Positions 28,043 through 40,084 of a stretch of 64,000 nucleotides of DNA are shown here, piece after piece. Source of the DNA: Octopus sinensis (lineage: Eukaryota); NCBI RefSeq assembly GCF_006345805.1, contig NW_021836150.1, positions 117,177 to 181,176 on the forward strand, written 5' to 3'. The position numbers and the translations under genes were made by a program. Positions within the stretch are counted from its first letter, which is position 1, and the number at the start of each line of letters is the position of its first letter. Below the pieces are notes generated by a model. The model was not told where the DNA came from and did no database searches. It was given only the letters and a program-made list of their open reading frames with translations.

Positions 28043-28261
28043 CAGTGCTTTTCAAACTTTTTGCTGGAGCGGAACCCCAAGGAAACATTCCACTGGCTTG
28101 GGGAACCCCTGTGCAATAATTTAATAGTCTTATGCACACATATCTGCACAGGAAAATTAAAAATTACTGCCAACTTTAGCAGTTTTGTAACTTCTTGCAG
28201 AACCCCTGGACTGTACTGGTGGAACCCTAAGGTTCTGCGGAACCCTGGTTGAAAACCACTG
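28043..28261. mobile_element. hAT (Charlie-like) MITE
   Basis: TIRs CAGTGCTTTTCAA / TTGAAAACCACTG, perfect 8-bp TSD ATCTACAA (28035-28042 and 28262-28269). Confidence 0.9.
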
Positions 28262-28758
28262 ATCTACAATATCATTTATAGGTGTACAGTACTTGCGTCC
28301 TGGATTTCAGTCCTTTAAAAGTAACATCTGTGTAATAGTAAAACCCAGAAATATATACCCTACAAGTCTAGTATAAAAATGTGTGTATTGAGAGAGAAAG
28401 AGAGAAGGGGGACAGACAGACAAACAGGGAGAAAAAACAGGCATTATTAAAAACACAAATTTCCTGTACTACACTCCATCCAGTTGAAATCTAATTTGCA
28501 TTATTTTGTTATTAACTATTCAGTTGCTAATTAATCAGCTGAAGATTGAAAACAATTTAGTTGTTGATAGTTCAGTTATATCTACCATTTCCTTTCTCTA
28601 TTTCCTCTCACAAGAAATAATACACATCAACTGCTAAAAATTAGAGTTAGTATTAAAGTTTCATAATATACATCAACATTCTTATTTACTAGCTGTAAAA
28701 TGTTTCTCCTGAAGCCTTGTAGTTTACTATGATAGAAGAATATTCTTTCTTTCTTTCT

Positions 28759-29134
28759 TTAACTTGTTTCAGTCATTTGACTGCAGCCATGCTGGAGCAC
28801 CGCCTTTAGTCAAGCAAATCGACCCCGGGACTTATTCTTTGTAAGCCCAGTACTTATTCTATCGGTCTCTTTTGCCGAACCACTAAGTGACGGGGACGTA
28901 AGCCCACCAACATCGGTTGTCAAGCAATGCTAGGAGGACAAACACATACACACACATATATATATACATATATACGACAGGCTTCTTTCAGTTTCCATCT
29001 ACCAAATCCACTCACAAGGCATTGGTCGGCCCGGGGCTATAGCAGAAGACACTTGCCCAAGATGCCACGCAGTTGGACTAAACCTGGAACCATGTGGTTG
29101 GTTAGCAAGCTACTTACCACACAGCCACTCCTGT
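28759..29134 (-). mobile_element. tRNA-derived SINE (family B)
   Basis: Near full-length homologue of the other family B copies. Confidence 0.9.
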
Positions 29135-29347
29135 GCCAATATGTGAATAAAAATAGAAAGTTTATACAGAAAAATTTAGAATGTTTGATAGAAGATCTGC
29201 TAATTATTTCTTTTTACTGCATTTTTAACTAAAAAGTATATATTTATTGTTTTCATCACTTATGTGGCTTTATTAAGTTCTTTTGAGTAAAACTGAAAAT
29301 AGACAAAAAAATGAGAGAAACAAAGAAAGCAAAACAGATAGGGAGAG

Positions 29348-29387
<40 letters not shown>

Positions 29388-29428
29388 TGTGTGTGAGAGA
29401 AAGAAAAGTAGTAAAAATAATTACTTAC

Positions 29429-29557
29429 AGAAAACCGTAACTTTGATTACATGGCTGACTGCGTTAGCTACCCCGTTGTCTGCAACACACTCATAGAGGC
29501 CATTACAGTAACGGGAAATGTTGCGGATCATCAAAACTTCTCCAGTCATGCCTATCC
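29429..29557 (-). CDS. Internal exon, C-terminal half of an Ig domain of a lachesin/IgLON-like adhesion protein
   Basis: Acceptor tatgttgtgttccag, donor gtaagt, 129 nt, phase 1-1. Encodes (R)IGMTGEVLMIRNISRYCNGLYECVADNGVANAVSHVIKVTVF with the Ig E-F strand motif L.I.N......G.YEC.A.NG. Confidence 0.92.
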
Positions 29558-29611
29558 CTGGAACACAACATAGAAGACATGTATTCAGGCCCTCTCCAGT
29601 CATGCCTATTC
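29558..29611 (-). CDS. Possible in-frame 54-nt alternative 5' extension of the exon via a duplicated acceptor
   Basis: Second acceptor tatattgtattacag|GAATAGG lies 54 nt upstream. The reading IGMTGEGLNTCLLCCVPG has no stop. Usage is unverified. Confidence 0.35.
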
Positions 29612-30117
29612 CTGTAATACAATATACAACACTTAGTCAGAAACAGAATCACCACAAACATCGATACACAAGACGATAACAAAAAAAAAAAATAACGACA
29701 AGGAAGAAACTTAAGATCAATAGAACGATATCCCCAGAACAATGTGAAGAAACTATTTGCTTGAAAACCTAGGAATATTTCCTAACAGTACATACACATC
29801 GTAAAATATCTGATACAATAATATTGTTAGGTTAATGATTCTATGTTTATTAAAGGAGACAACGCTGTCAATTTTACAGTAAATATTGGTAACTGAAGTC
29901 TTACTAAAATAGTGTGAAATTTATAATATAAGATGCTTATATTGTATGCAATCTAACAGTGACAGTTGAAATATTACAGTTAATATTAATGATTTAAGTG
30001 TTGCTATTTGTGAATGCTGACGGAAAACCGTGGTGGATGAAGCTCCACATTTATTACATAGAAAATGATGAACTGATATATATATATATATATGCTTTTA
30101 TATACATATATATAAAA

Positions 30118-30304
30118 GCATGATGGATCACTAGCGACAACACATTCTTTATTTTCTCTCCTTGTTTCTCTCTGTGTTCCTTTCTGTGGAAGAGTGTAGG
30201 CTCGAAACATTAAAGACTTTTTCACTTCCCGAGCGTTAAACTAATACATCTGTTTGTTGTCTACACCACCTGTCTTCATCTTTTGTTTTTTTAGTGAATT
30301 CTTC

Positions 30305-30308
<4 letters not shown>
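30118..30308 (+). mobile_element. Short repeat between (AT)n tracts carrying a small hammerhead-like motif (Penelope-like-element associated)
   Basis: Contains the motif at 30180-30215. PLE assignment is inference. Confidence 0.45.
30180..30215 (+). ncRNA. Degenerate minimal hammerhead-like motif
   Basis: CTTT-CTGTGGA-A-GAGT(GTAG)GCTC-GAAAC-AT-T-AAAG: stem I CTTT/AAAG, stem II GAGT/GCTC. Core has U at position 6. Confidence 0.45.
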
Positions 30309-30383
<75 letters not shown>

Positions 30384-30400
30384 TAGATAGATAGATATAT
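30308..30400. repeat. (AT)n-(AGAT)n compound microsatellite
   Basis: Direct reading. Confidence 0.95.
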
Positions 30401-31313
30401 AAAGACATTGTTATTAAAAGAGCTTGTAAACACAGAAATGAACATTTATATAAGATCACTTATTGCTGCAATAATATGTGAACATTAAAAAAAAAAAAAA
30501 ACCCACATTGATTGTGATTTCTTATAGAATTAATCCATTTCAGTATTCATTGATAAATTGCTAACAGAACCTCACCTCATTAATATACAAGTGCCATGAA
30601 TCTAAGTTCTATTAACTACAAACTTGCTAATCTTTATCATCTAAGATCAATTTATTTCCACAAGATTCATTCCTATGCTGGTGCATTTCTCAAGATATTC
30701 ATCATGTGTCTGAAGGTCTGTGAAAATTAATTGAGTTTTATCTACTTATTGCTTCCAAAGGCATAAAAAAATGTAAGAAACAAACTCTACTTCTTTTGAT
30801 TATGACCTAAGCAATATTTGTATGATCATCTCTATTCCAAGTACAATAGTTAACCTACTAGTTTACAATCCAATTTTATAACCCTGGCTGGTTTTACCCT
30901 TTAAGAATTCCATTACATCACTACAGATTACTTCAGATAACGGCAATTCTGCATTATCACTACTATAGAATTAATACTTCAACAATCCTATTTTATCACC
31001 ATAGCTGACTTAACAAACCACTAAACTTATTTTATCTCTATATAGTTGGATTTAAAATCTATCAAACCTATTTTAAGACTTATTAATATTCTTAATTCAT
31101 GAAAATAGGAAACTACATTCTTAAAATCCTAACCTATTATTATAGTTGCATTTACAAATCTGACCATATACTCTCATCAAAGCCAACAGCTCAGTTAAAC
31201 GATTCCAGAATATGAAAGCAATGAAAACAAATTCAATTTGAAAGGCATATGATATTGGATATCATAATAATTATTCCTATATTGCAAAGACAATAAGATT
31301 GGATAGTTTAGAT

Positions 31314-31351
<38 letters not shown>

Positions 31352-31353
<2 letters not shown>

Positions 31354-31645
31354 ACTCTGCTGTTGAAGATGATGTATGAGCATTCAACTTTTGCCAAACG
31401 AACTGCACAAATGATTTGTTTATAATGGTCAAATGTCTGTGCAACACATTAACTTACTCTCCCCATCAAGTTGGTGTTGTTTGAACAGGTGCATGGTGTA
31501 CCACTCATCAGGAGTTGAAGTGATTGCAGAGCAATGTAAGATAAAATGTTTTGTTCAAGAACATAAAGCATCACCTTGTCTAGAAATTGAAATCACAATC
31601 TAGCAATCATGAGTGCAACATATTAAATACGAAGCCATGCACCCT
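31352..31645 (-). mobile_element. tRNA-derived SINE (family E)
   Basis: Reverse-complement homologue of 946-1240. Confidence 0.7.
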
Positions 31646-31739
31646 CACCATATATATATTAGTATTTGTTTTTATGTTCACTTATGATAAAAACAATTTT
31701 ACAATAATCTTAAGGGTGACTCCATGCCTTTGTAGAGTA

Positions 31740-32380
31740 AAAGTTTATTAATCTTTAACAATAGTATTGACAGTGACTTCGAAGTATCAGCCAGCTAAAC
31801 CTTCATTAGACTGTGATGCATTAAGTTAATCATGGGTTTATATAGCCTCTGCTGAGATAAATTTTTTTTGCAGATTTGTGGTGTTCGGTTGAATGGTGAT
31901 TAAACTTCAAATTAAGCTGTGATGGTAAGGTGTTGTTGAGAAAATTTTATTGATTAAATTTGAGTTTATGCCGTTCAGAATTTATTCATGTGCTTAGAAA
32001 TTTGTAAACAGGTGTGTATATTTAGATGTCTCAGCTTCAGGTCATGGATTAATTGGTAGTGGTTCACTAAAAAGAAGTGGGTAGGTAGAGGAAGTTTTTT
32101 GGTCAGTGGATGTGTCATAAGTTTGAATTATTATTGGTTTGATTGGATTTAATTCCTTGCTTTGGCAACGTAAAGGTCAAAGTTCTAAGTTTAGTTCAGC
32201 ACTTAAAAGTCTTAGTAATCTTGTAATGGAACGGCATAAACTCATCCACTGACCAAAAAACTTCCTCTACCTACCCACTTCTTTTTAGTGAACCACTACC
32301 AATTAATCCATGACCTGAAGCTGACACATCTAAATATACACACCTGCTTACAAATTTCTAAGCACATGAATAAATTCTGC
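31740..32380 (-). mobile_element. Possible Penelope-like element remnant with a 137-bp inverted duplication
   Basis: 31976-32113 is the near-perfect reverse complement of 32245-32380. Degenerate hammerhead-like motif at 31770-31814. Weak resemblance to a GIY-YIG C-terminus. Confidence 0.4.
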
Positions 32381-32687
32381 AAGCTACTTTTCCATATGCC
32401 ACTAATGTTATTCAGGAAAACATTCAGTCCTATAGGGCCTATATAGCTTGAGAGGAGTGTCATCTCATGTTCCATTTTCATGTTGCTAAGAGTTTGAATG
32501 GATATCAAATGATATCTTTCCAAATGCTCTGAGAGTTTCAAAATTTGGACTGGCCCCTTTTTATGAACCTTGAAAAATGAAAGACAAATGAAATCTTGGT
32601 GTGATTTGAACTTCAAGAACAGTGAGTTGGAATAAACACCATGAGGTAGTCTATCTAGCTTGCTACTAATATATGAATTAGTTTGTG

Positions 32688-32690
<3 letters not shown>

Positions 32691-32746
<56 letters not shown>
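32691..32746. repeat. (AG)n microsatellite
   Basis: Direct reading. Confidence 0.95.
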
Positions 32747-32751
<5 letters not shown>

Positions 32752-32818
32752 CACGTAAATTTATTTACTCATGCATATATTTACATAATAAAATAAAAAA
32801 AATATAAACATATATATA

Positions 32819-33050
32819 CATCATCATCATCATTTAACGTCCGCTTTCCATGCTAGCATGGGTTGGACGATTTGACTGAGGTCTGGCGAACCAGACTCCA
32901 ATCTGATCTGGCAGAGTTTCTACAGTTGGATGCCCTTCCAAATGCCAACCACTCCGATAGTGTAGTGGGTGCTTTTACATGCCAGTTTGGTGGTACTGGC
33001 AATGACCACATCCAAATGGTGCTTTTTACATACCACCTGCACAGGAGCCA
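32819..33050 (-). mobile_element. Family A RTE-tail retroposon
   Basis: Homology to the other family A copies, (CAT)n on the plus strand. Confidence 0.85.
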
Positions 33051-33097
33051 AAACATGTGTGTGTATATATATATTTATATAAATATATATACATATA

Positions 33098-33445
33098 CTC
33101 TTTTACTTGTTTCAGTCATTTGACTGCAGCCATGCCGGACTACTGCCTTTAGTCAAACAAATCAACTCCAGGACATATTCTTTGTAAGCCTAATACTTAT
33201 TCTATACGGGAATGCAAACACACCGACATCAGCTGTCAAGCGATGGTGGGGGGACAAACACACATACACATATATATCCAACAAGCTTCTTTCAGTTTCC
33301 GTCTACCAAATCCACACACAAGGCTTTGGTCAGCCTGATGCTATAGTGGAAGACAACTGTCCAACAAGGTGCCATGCAATGGAACTGAACCGGAACCATG
33401 TGGCTGGTAAGCAAGCTTCTTACTGCACAGCCACTCTTGCACCTA
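33098..33445 (-). mobile_element. tRNA-derived SINE (family B)
   Basis: Homology to the other family B copies, with an internal deletion. Confidence 0.85.
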
Positions 33446-34828
33446 TATATATATATTGAGAAGAAGTGGGGGACTGCACACATATGATTGCTCTCTCTCT
33501 CTCTCATATGTACATAGAGAAAAAAAGGAGAGAGAAGCCTTGAATATGTGAGACAAATAGCAATAATTTAGTTAAGTGGAAGAGAAACATATAAATGAAA
33601 AATAGATGAGAGAATGAGAGATGGTGGGGTTGAGATGGAGAGTCAGAAATTTATCAAACTTCAGTAAAATATTTAGTTTTCATAAATGTATTTTTTTCTC
33701 CCTTTATTACAGGATGAATTTGATTTTTATACCTTATCTTTTAATGCCAACGTATATGTATTATCATTGATTTTCAATAAACTTTGTATAAATGGGAAAA
33801 TTTTTTGAATATATAGTTCAGTGTTATTTTTGGCTTGTCTGGTCTAATAAATTCTATTGAATAGTAGAAGAGACATATAAAAGAAACAGCAATGTAATAA
33901 CCTTTTCACATAAGAATAAATATTACTAACCTAAAGAAAAGTAAAGAAAAATATACAGAAAATTTATTAACAAAAAACAAACAAACTATTAACTACCTAA
34001 CTTTAATAAAATTATGTTAAGATAAAATATTTACAAAAACAAATGTCATTAAAAATAAAAAAACTAATGAGGAAATATTTTTTAAAAATATACTTTAAAG
34101 ATCTTTAAATGAGGATTGTAAAAATATATTTAAGAAATTAGTCAATAACAAAAGAAGTGTAAATAGTGAAAAATGCTGGAGATATCTTAAATTGAATGTA
34201 ATAAATGAGATATGCCAAAGGTTTAGCAGGAAATTTTCTCCTTTGCAAGTTAAATATGGAAGAATTATTTTGATAAGAAGTGGGGAAAAAGAGGTGAAAA
34301 TAGAAAAAAAAAGAGAAAGCCTAAATCCTTTATTTTTCTGATGCCATCTATCTCCTTTTCCTCCAAATGTCTTTATTTCCTTTTCAATTCTTAAACATTT
34401 TTTTTTTAGCAGTTCCATTCTTTTAGCTTTGCAGATATTTCAGTGTTACTGACTACCACTGAGGTTGATGAAATCCCCTTCCTTGAAATTATTATACATA
34501 TTTTATGGAAATAAAATGTAAAATATAATAGATTTCTTGTACAACATTTTAAAATGTAGTTTTAGATTGATTTATGATAATAGTTGTGAGCAAAGAAAGA
34601 AAACCATCACCTACAAATCTATTTTTCTGTAAAAGCTTCACTAGTCACTACTACTATATGTGGAGCTTTTCTTTTATATACTTAGTAATAAACCACTTCT
34701 AAGATAACAATTTCTCCAACATGTAGACTGTGTGAATTTTTGCTAGTATAGCTTTGTGTTATATCAGAAGAAGATTAGTAAAGAAACAGCAGTTCATATT
34801 TTAGATAGGCTTTATTTATATCTTTTTA

Positions 34829-35216
34829 CTAGCAGTATCGCCCAGTGTTGCTCGGGTTTGCTTCAACCCTTTAGAATTGGAATTTTTGAACAGTAAAAAT
34901 TTTGCATTATGTAGCTTGTTATTCTCTTTAAATACATTTTTCTGGTTGAAATACACCGAAAAATGGCAACACAGAAGTAAAAAAATCATAAAAAATAGGG
35001 ATTTTCATAGAAAAAAAGCACCTTTTTGATGTAAATAATTTTTTGTCTTAACATGGTCCAATTTGATTTTTCTCTTACGGAAGGAAGAGCAAGCCTTCTT
35101 CTATCATACTCTCAATTTTGGTCAACTTGTACCACAGGGACTCGGAGGAGATAGTGTTAGTTGAAGGCTAACAAACCTGCCATACACAGACAACTTCAGC
35201 TTTATATATAGAGAGA
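34829..35216 (-). mobile_element. Non-autonomous Helitron
   Basis: Minus strand A|TC start, subterminal hairpin CCCGAGCAACACTGGG, CTAG|T end. Confidence 0.8.
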
Positions 35217-36303
35217 TTATGGAAGGGCATGGGGTGTAGTGAGTAGAAGATACTTCAATATACGATTGAAAATTTTGGGGTCTGTGTAAAGGTTAAAGCA
35301 AACTTGATACCAGTAGGATTTTAACATAATGAGATTAAATCAAATATTAATTTAAAACATTAGCAGAAGGCCTCACACTTTTGAGGAGAGATAGTCCATT
35401 GTATCAACTACAATACTTGATTGGTACTTTATTTTAGCAGTTTAGAGGATAGTTAGTACTGATGAACTTGTAGGCCCTCCCAGAATGATGCAATAGATAT
35501 TCAGCTAGTTCAGATGTAAGTCAATATTTTCAGGAAAAACATTGCTGAGAGAAAATTCTAAAGAGAATCGGTTTTGAGAGGAAGTGTCAAGGGCAGGATC
35601 TGGTAGTGATGATAATGAAAATAGAAACAAATGCATCTAGTGGGCTTGGTGGAAATGCTGCACAGTTATCAAGTTAGAGTAAGAGAAAAGTATGAACTAA
35701 AAGTTGAAAAGTTTGATGACATATATGAGACACTGGCTTTTTTCTTTTCTTTTTTTTGGGGGGGGGGCCCTATCAATACTAATCTGCCTGAAACTGTCCC
35801 TGTTTTTGATACAAAGCCTGTTTTAGAATGTTTATATTTAAATTAAAACATTCCATAATTTTATGTAAGACACTTTGTTAAATTATATTTTAAGCATGAA
35901 ATTAATAACAACAAAGTTATTTTCTAAATGCTACCAAACTCTTGATTATTTTAAAATTGAATTAAGAGTTATAGACAGTGCCATGTATTTCATTAAGAAT
36001 ATGGTCTTAAGTGAGTTGCCTTAGGGAAATACATAGATAAAATATCATGTAGTGACAGACAGCAACATCTATGCATTTTGTTATTATATATGAACACTAT
36101 GCTTTGTTATGCCATATTTCTGGAGTTTTATATTTACAATGGAATTGTTCAACGACAAATCATACTTCTATTCCATTACTAAAAGCCAACATATTTTTAT
36201 TTCTGCTTTTGAGAAAAATCTGAAATCCTTATAAATAAATCATTGGTTTGTATATGCACGTGAGAGCACATACACACACACACACTAAAGAGTAGAGCAG
36301 TAA

Positions 36304-36441
36304 TATAGTTGCATGCAGTTAAATTAGATGTATGGTCATAGAGTGACCAAAGGTTTTGCATCCATAATGTCTAACGCTTTACGTATGTGAAACCACTGGT
36401 CACTCTATGGCCAGACACATATCTAACTGCATATAACTATA
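36304..36441. repeat. Small fold-back element
   Basis: Arms TATAGTTGCATGCAGTTA...CATAGAGTGACCA and TGGTCACTCTATG...TAACTGCATATAACTATA. Confidence 0.8.
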
Positions 36442-36551
36442 TATATATATAATTGAAAAATAGGATCAAGTCTTTATAAGAATTTATCAAGTAGTTAGTG
36501 TGAAAAACCTCATAAGGGAAAAATCCATCAATTATTCCTCTTAAATATATG

Positions 36552-36727
36552 TATTTATATTAAGGGCATTACTATTCATAAATGCCTCATGCTAGGAGGG
36601 ACTCAAAGTCAAAACTAGCATAATAAATAAACATTGTACAACTTGTTTATTTATTATGGTAGTTTTGACTTTAAGAGTCCCTCCTAGCATGAGGTATTTA
36701 TGTATAGTAATGCCCTTAATATAAATA
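36552..36727. repeat. Near-perfect 176-bp palindrome
   Basis: TATATTAAGGGCATTACTAT...AAACA-TTGTACAA-...TGTTT...ATAGTAATGCCCTTAATATA, about 85-bp arms with few mismatches. Confidence 0.9.
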
Positions 36728-37303
36728 AATGAATATACACACACACACACACACCATGCCTAAGGTTCTTAACTTGGTGGTGTCATTAAGGGTGCAGATG
36801 TGACAAATAGCATGTCATACATATTTTTAAGCTTGGCAGAATCCACCCCTCTCCACCTTTGACCTTAGTAGGGTTTTTTCTAGCTGAGTTAGAAAAGAGA
36901 ATAGACCCAAGTATTTAACACATTTGTTATTAACTGTGAGAGGATGAAAATCAAGGATTTACACACAGTACCTGTTTTAACATCTCTGCTAATTGGCTAC
37001 TGATACATCCCCCCACACAGATACATATATAAATACACACATATATACATAAACGCACACACACACAATATTATACAGCTATATCTATTTGCAAATTCAG
37101 AGAAATATATACATTACAAACATAAATGAATAAACACACACATAATACATATAGACAAACATGTATTATACATATATAACAACTTAATGTGTAATCAGGA
37201 TATAGCAAAAAATTTAATTGTAAGGTAAATTATACAAAGATATAATATATATTGTAGATAATATTAAGTTATTAATACTTAAGAGACATCAAGAAAATCT
37301 TAC

Positions 37304-37453
37304 TTTCATTTTGCTTTTGGTCGCTTATAGACCTGCGATACCAGGTCACATTAGGATGCGGTGTTCCACTTACATTGCAGACAAGGCTTATTGTATCCCC
37401 CTCTTTTGCAGTTTTATCTCTACTTGACAAATCTGCGTTAAGTGTTGGCTGGA
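37304..37453 (-). CDS. Internal exon, N-terminal half of the same Ig domain
   Basis: Acceptor ttttaaatttcag, donor gtaaga, 150 nt, phase 1-1. Encodes QPTLNADLSSRDKTAKEGDTISLVCNVSGTPHPNVTWYRRSISDQKQNE (EG..ISLVC.VSG.P.P.VTW motif). Joins in frame (A+GG=Arg) to the 29557 exon. Confidence 0.93.
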
Positions 37454-37561
37454 CTGAAATTTAAAAAAAACCAAAAAAAAACATTAAAATACTGAAGAAA
37501 AAAAAAACAAAAAAAAGTAGCTTAAATTTTAGACAGCTGACCAAAGAATATAATTCCAAAT

Positions 37562-37700
37562 CCAACATCATTATCATTTTTGTTTAATGTCTACCTTCCA
37601 TGATAGCATGAGTTGGATGGTTTGACAGGAGCCAATCAGGTAGAAAACTACACCAGGCTATTTTATGGTTGGATGCCCTTCCTAACATCAACAACCCAGC
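37562..37700 (-). mobile_element. Degenerate family A copy
   Basis: CTTCCATGATAGCATGAGTTGGA...GGATGCCCTTCCTAAC. Confidence 0.6.
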
Positions 37701-38454
37701 AGAGTGGACTGAGTGGTTTCAAATCCAACAAAGCATATAAATTTGAATGCATCAGTTTACCTTAATGACAAATGACACAACTTGACCTTTAATTCTGAGT
37801 AACTTTTATTATTCATTTTTATTATATCAAATGAGACTGCTGTATGACAGTTGTCACTTCTAGAATTTTCTATGTATTTATCAGCCTATATTAAATATAC
37901 TTTGTTAATTTAAATAATAAAGGTGGAGTGACTAACAAATAAACTTTATTAACAAAGAAATATTGGAGAAAAACTTTTGTCAGCAGTGTGAAATAAAAAT
38001 TAAAACACTAATCTAAAATATTACTGCTATTGCAAAGTCTAAACTGAGTTACTGACACCACATTTTGAGAAGAATACATTTGATTTATTGCTGTAAAACA
38101 TGGGAATTCAAAGCGACATAAATCTCCACATTCAAAAATATGAAATGCTTTATTTTGTATGCCACCAAACAAATTATATATGTCGGTCCAGGTGTTATCA
38201 GCTGGGAATATTTGATAAGACTATACAAAATAGGATATAATAATCTATCTAAGAAGAGAGTGAGAATGAGCAAGAAAGAGAATGAACAATTGCAATGCGG
38301 CTTTCATTCAAATTTTTCATTTAAAATTCAAGTTTGAAAAAGTAATTTAAAGTATGAATGACAGTCACAAGATCTAATGGGGGAACACATTACATCATAA
38401 AGTAAATAAAAGATGAGAAATAGTATAATCTTGCATTGTCATGAATATATAAAC

Positions 38455-38684
38455 GAATACATATATATATATATATATACACACACACTCACAAATATAC
38501 ATAAACATATTTAGATCATCATCAACATCATTTACTGTATACATATACATAACTATATATGTGTGTGTGTGTGCATGTGTATACATATATGCACACATAT
38601 ATATACATATGTATATATACATATATATACATACATATATATACATATGTATATATACATATATATATACATACATATATATAC

Positions 38685-38715
<31 letters not shown>

Positions 38716-38719
38716 CATA

Positions 38720-38789
<70 letters not shown>

Positions 38790-38791
38790 CA

Positions 38792-38829
<38 letters not shown>

Positions 38830-38857
38830 CATATATACATATATATATATTTACATA

Positions 38858-38893
<36 letters not shown>

Positions 38894-38931
38894 CATATAT
38901 AATATATATATATATATATATAATACATACA

Positions 38932-39005
<74 letters not shown>

Positions 39006-39188
39006 CATACATATATATATACATACATACATATATATATATACATACATACATATACATATATATATATATACATACATACATATTATATATATATACA
39101 TATATATTATATATATACATACATATACATATATATATATATATACATACATACATACATATATATATATATATAAATATATATATAT

Positions 39189-39235
<47 letters not shown>

Positions 39236-39313
39236 CATAACATACATACATACATACATACATACATACTATATATATATATATATATTATATATATATA
39301 TATATATACATAC

Positions 39314-39344
<31 letters not shown>

Positions 39345-39360
39345 AATATATATATATATA

Positions 39361-39393
<33 letters not shown>

Positions 39394-39416
39394 TATATAT
39401 AATATATATATATATA

Positions 39417-39475
<59 letters not shown>

Positions 39476-39510
39476 TATATATACACACATACATGCACAT
39501 ACACTCAAAT
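38455..39510. repeat. About 1.05-kb compound (AT)n/(ACAT)n microsatellite
   Basis: Direct reading. It generates the YIYI/VYIC ORFs. Confidence 0.97.
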
Positions 39511-39958
39511 AAACAATTCAAGAGATTTGTGACATGATTAATTATATTTTAGCATCATAATAAAACATATATTTTTGACAGTTGATTGGGTTGCAATAAT
39601 ATATATCAGTAGTAGCAGTGAAGGGATTTTGGAGTCAGCTGAATAGCTCAAATTCAAATACGATAGAATTTCATTTTTGTACAGACTTTGTAGAAAATAT
39701 ATTGGAAAATATGCATGAAGAATATTGCCAAGGTTTAGGAATGGGAAAAATGTCCCAATAAAAACAAACTGCTGCCGATGGGCTGAGGTATTGCATCATA
39801 ATATAATGGACAGGATGGATGCCCTTTATTCCAAATCAGTTAAGAAAAAATGTTTCTTCTTATTGTTTATTATTTTTGTCATTAGTAGGTCAGGAGAAAG
39901 GGCTATGCCGTTAGACTTTGCACACTCAATGAGCTTGGTGAAATAGTTATAGTTAATA

Positions 39959-39992
<34 letters not shown>

Positions 39993-40084
39993 GAGTGTCT
40001 TGCTCTTGGTCTGGGAATCGAACATGCTACCTCATGATTGTGAGCCTGGCACTGTAACCACAGAGCCATGCACCTTTACTATGA

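Noticed and set aside
32296-32754. 152-aa minus-strand ORF
   Set aside because: Starts in the (CT)n repeat and runs through repeat sequence. The apparent NLFM motif arises at a rearrangement junction.
36585-36620. CTAGGAGG-GACT..AGTC-AAAAC, hammerhead-like
   Set aside because: The core does not fit CUGANGA or a 3:8 covariant, both arms lack GAAA, and it reads inward unlike the other motifs.
38395-39521. Long ORFs in all six frames (up to 236 aa)
   Set aside because: Translations of the (AT)n/(ACAT)n microsatellite.
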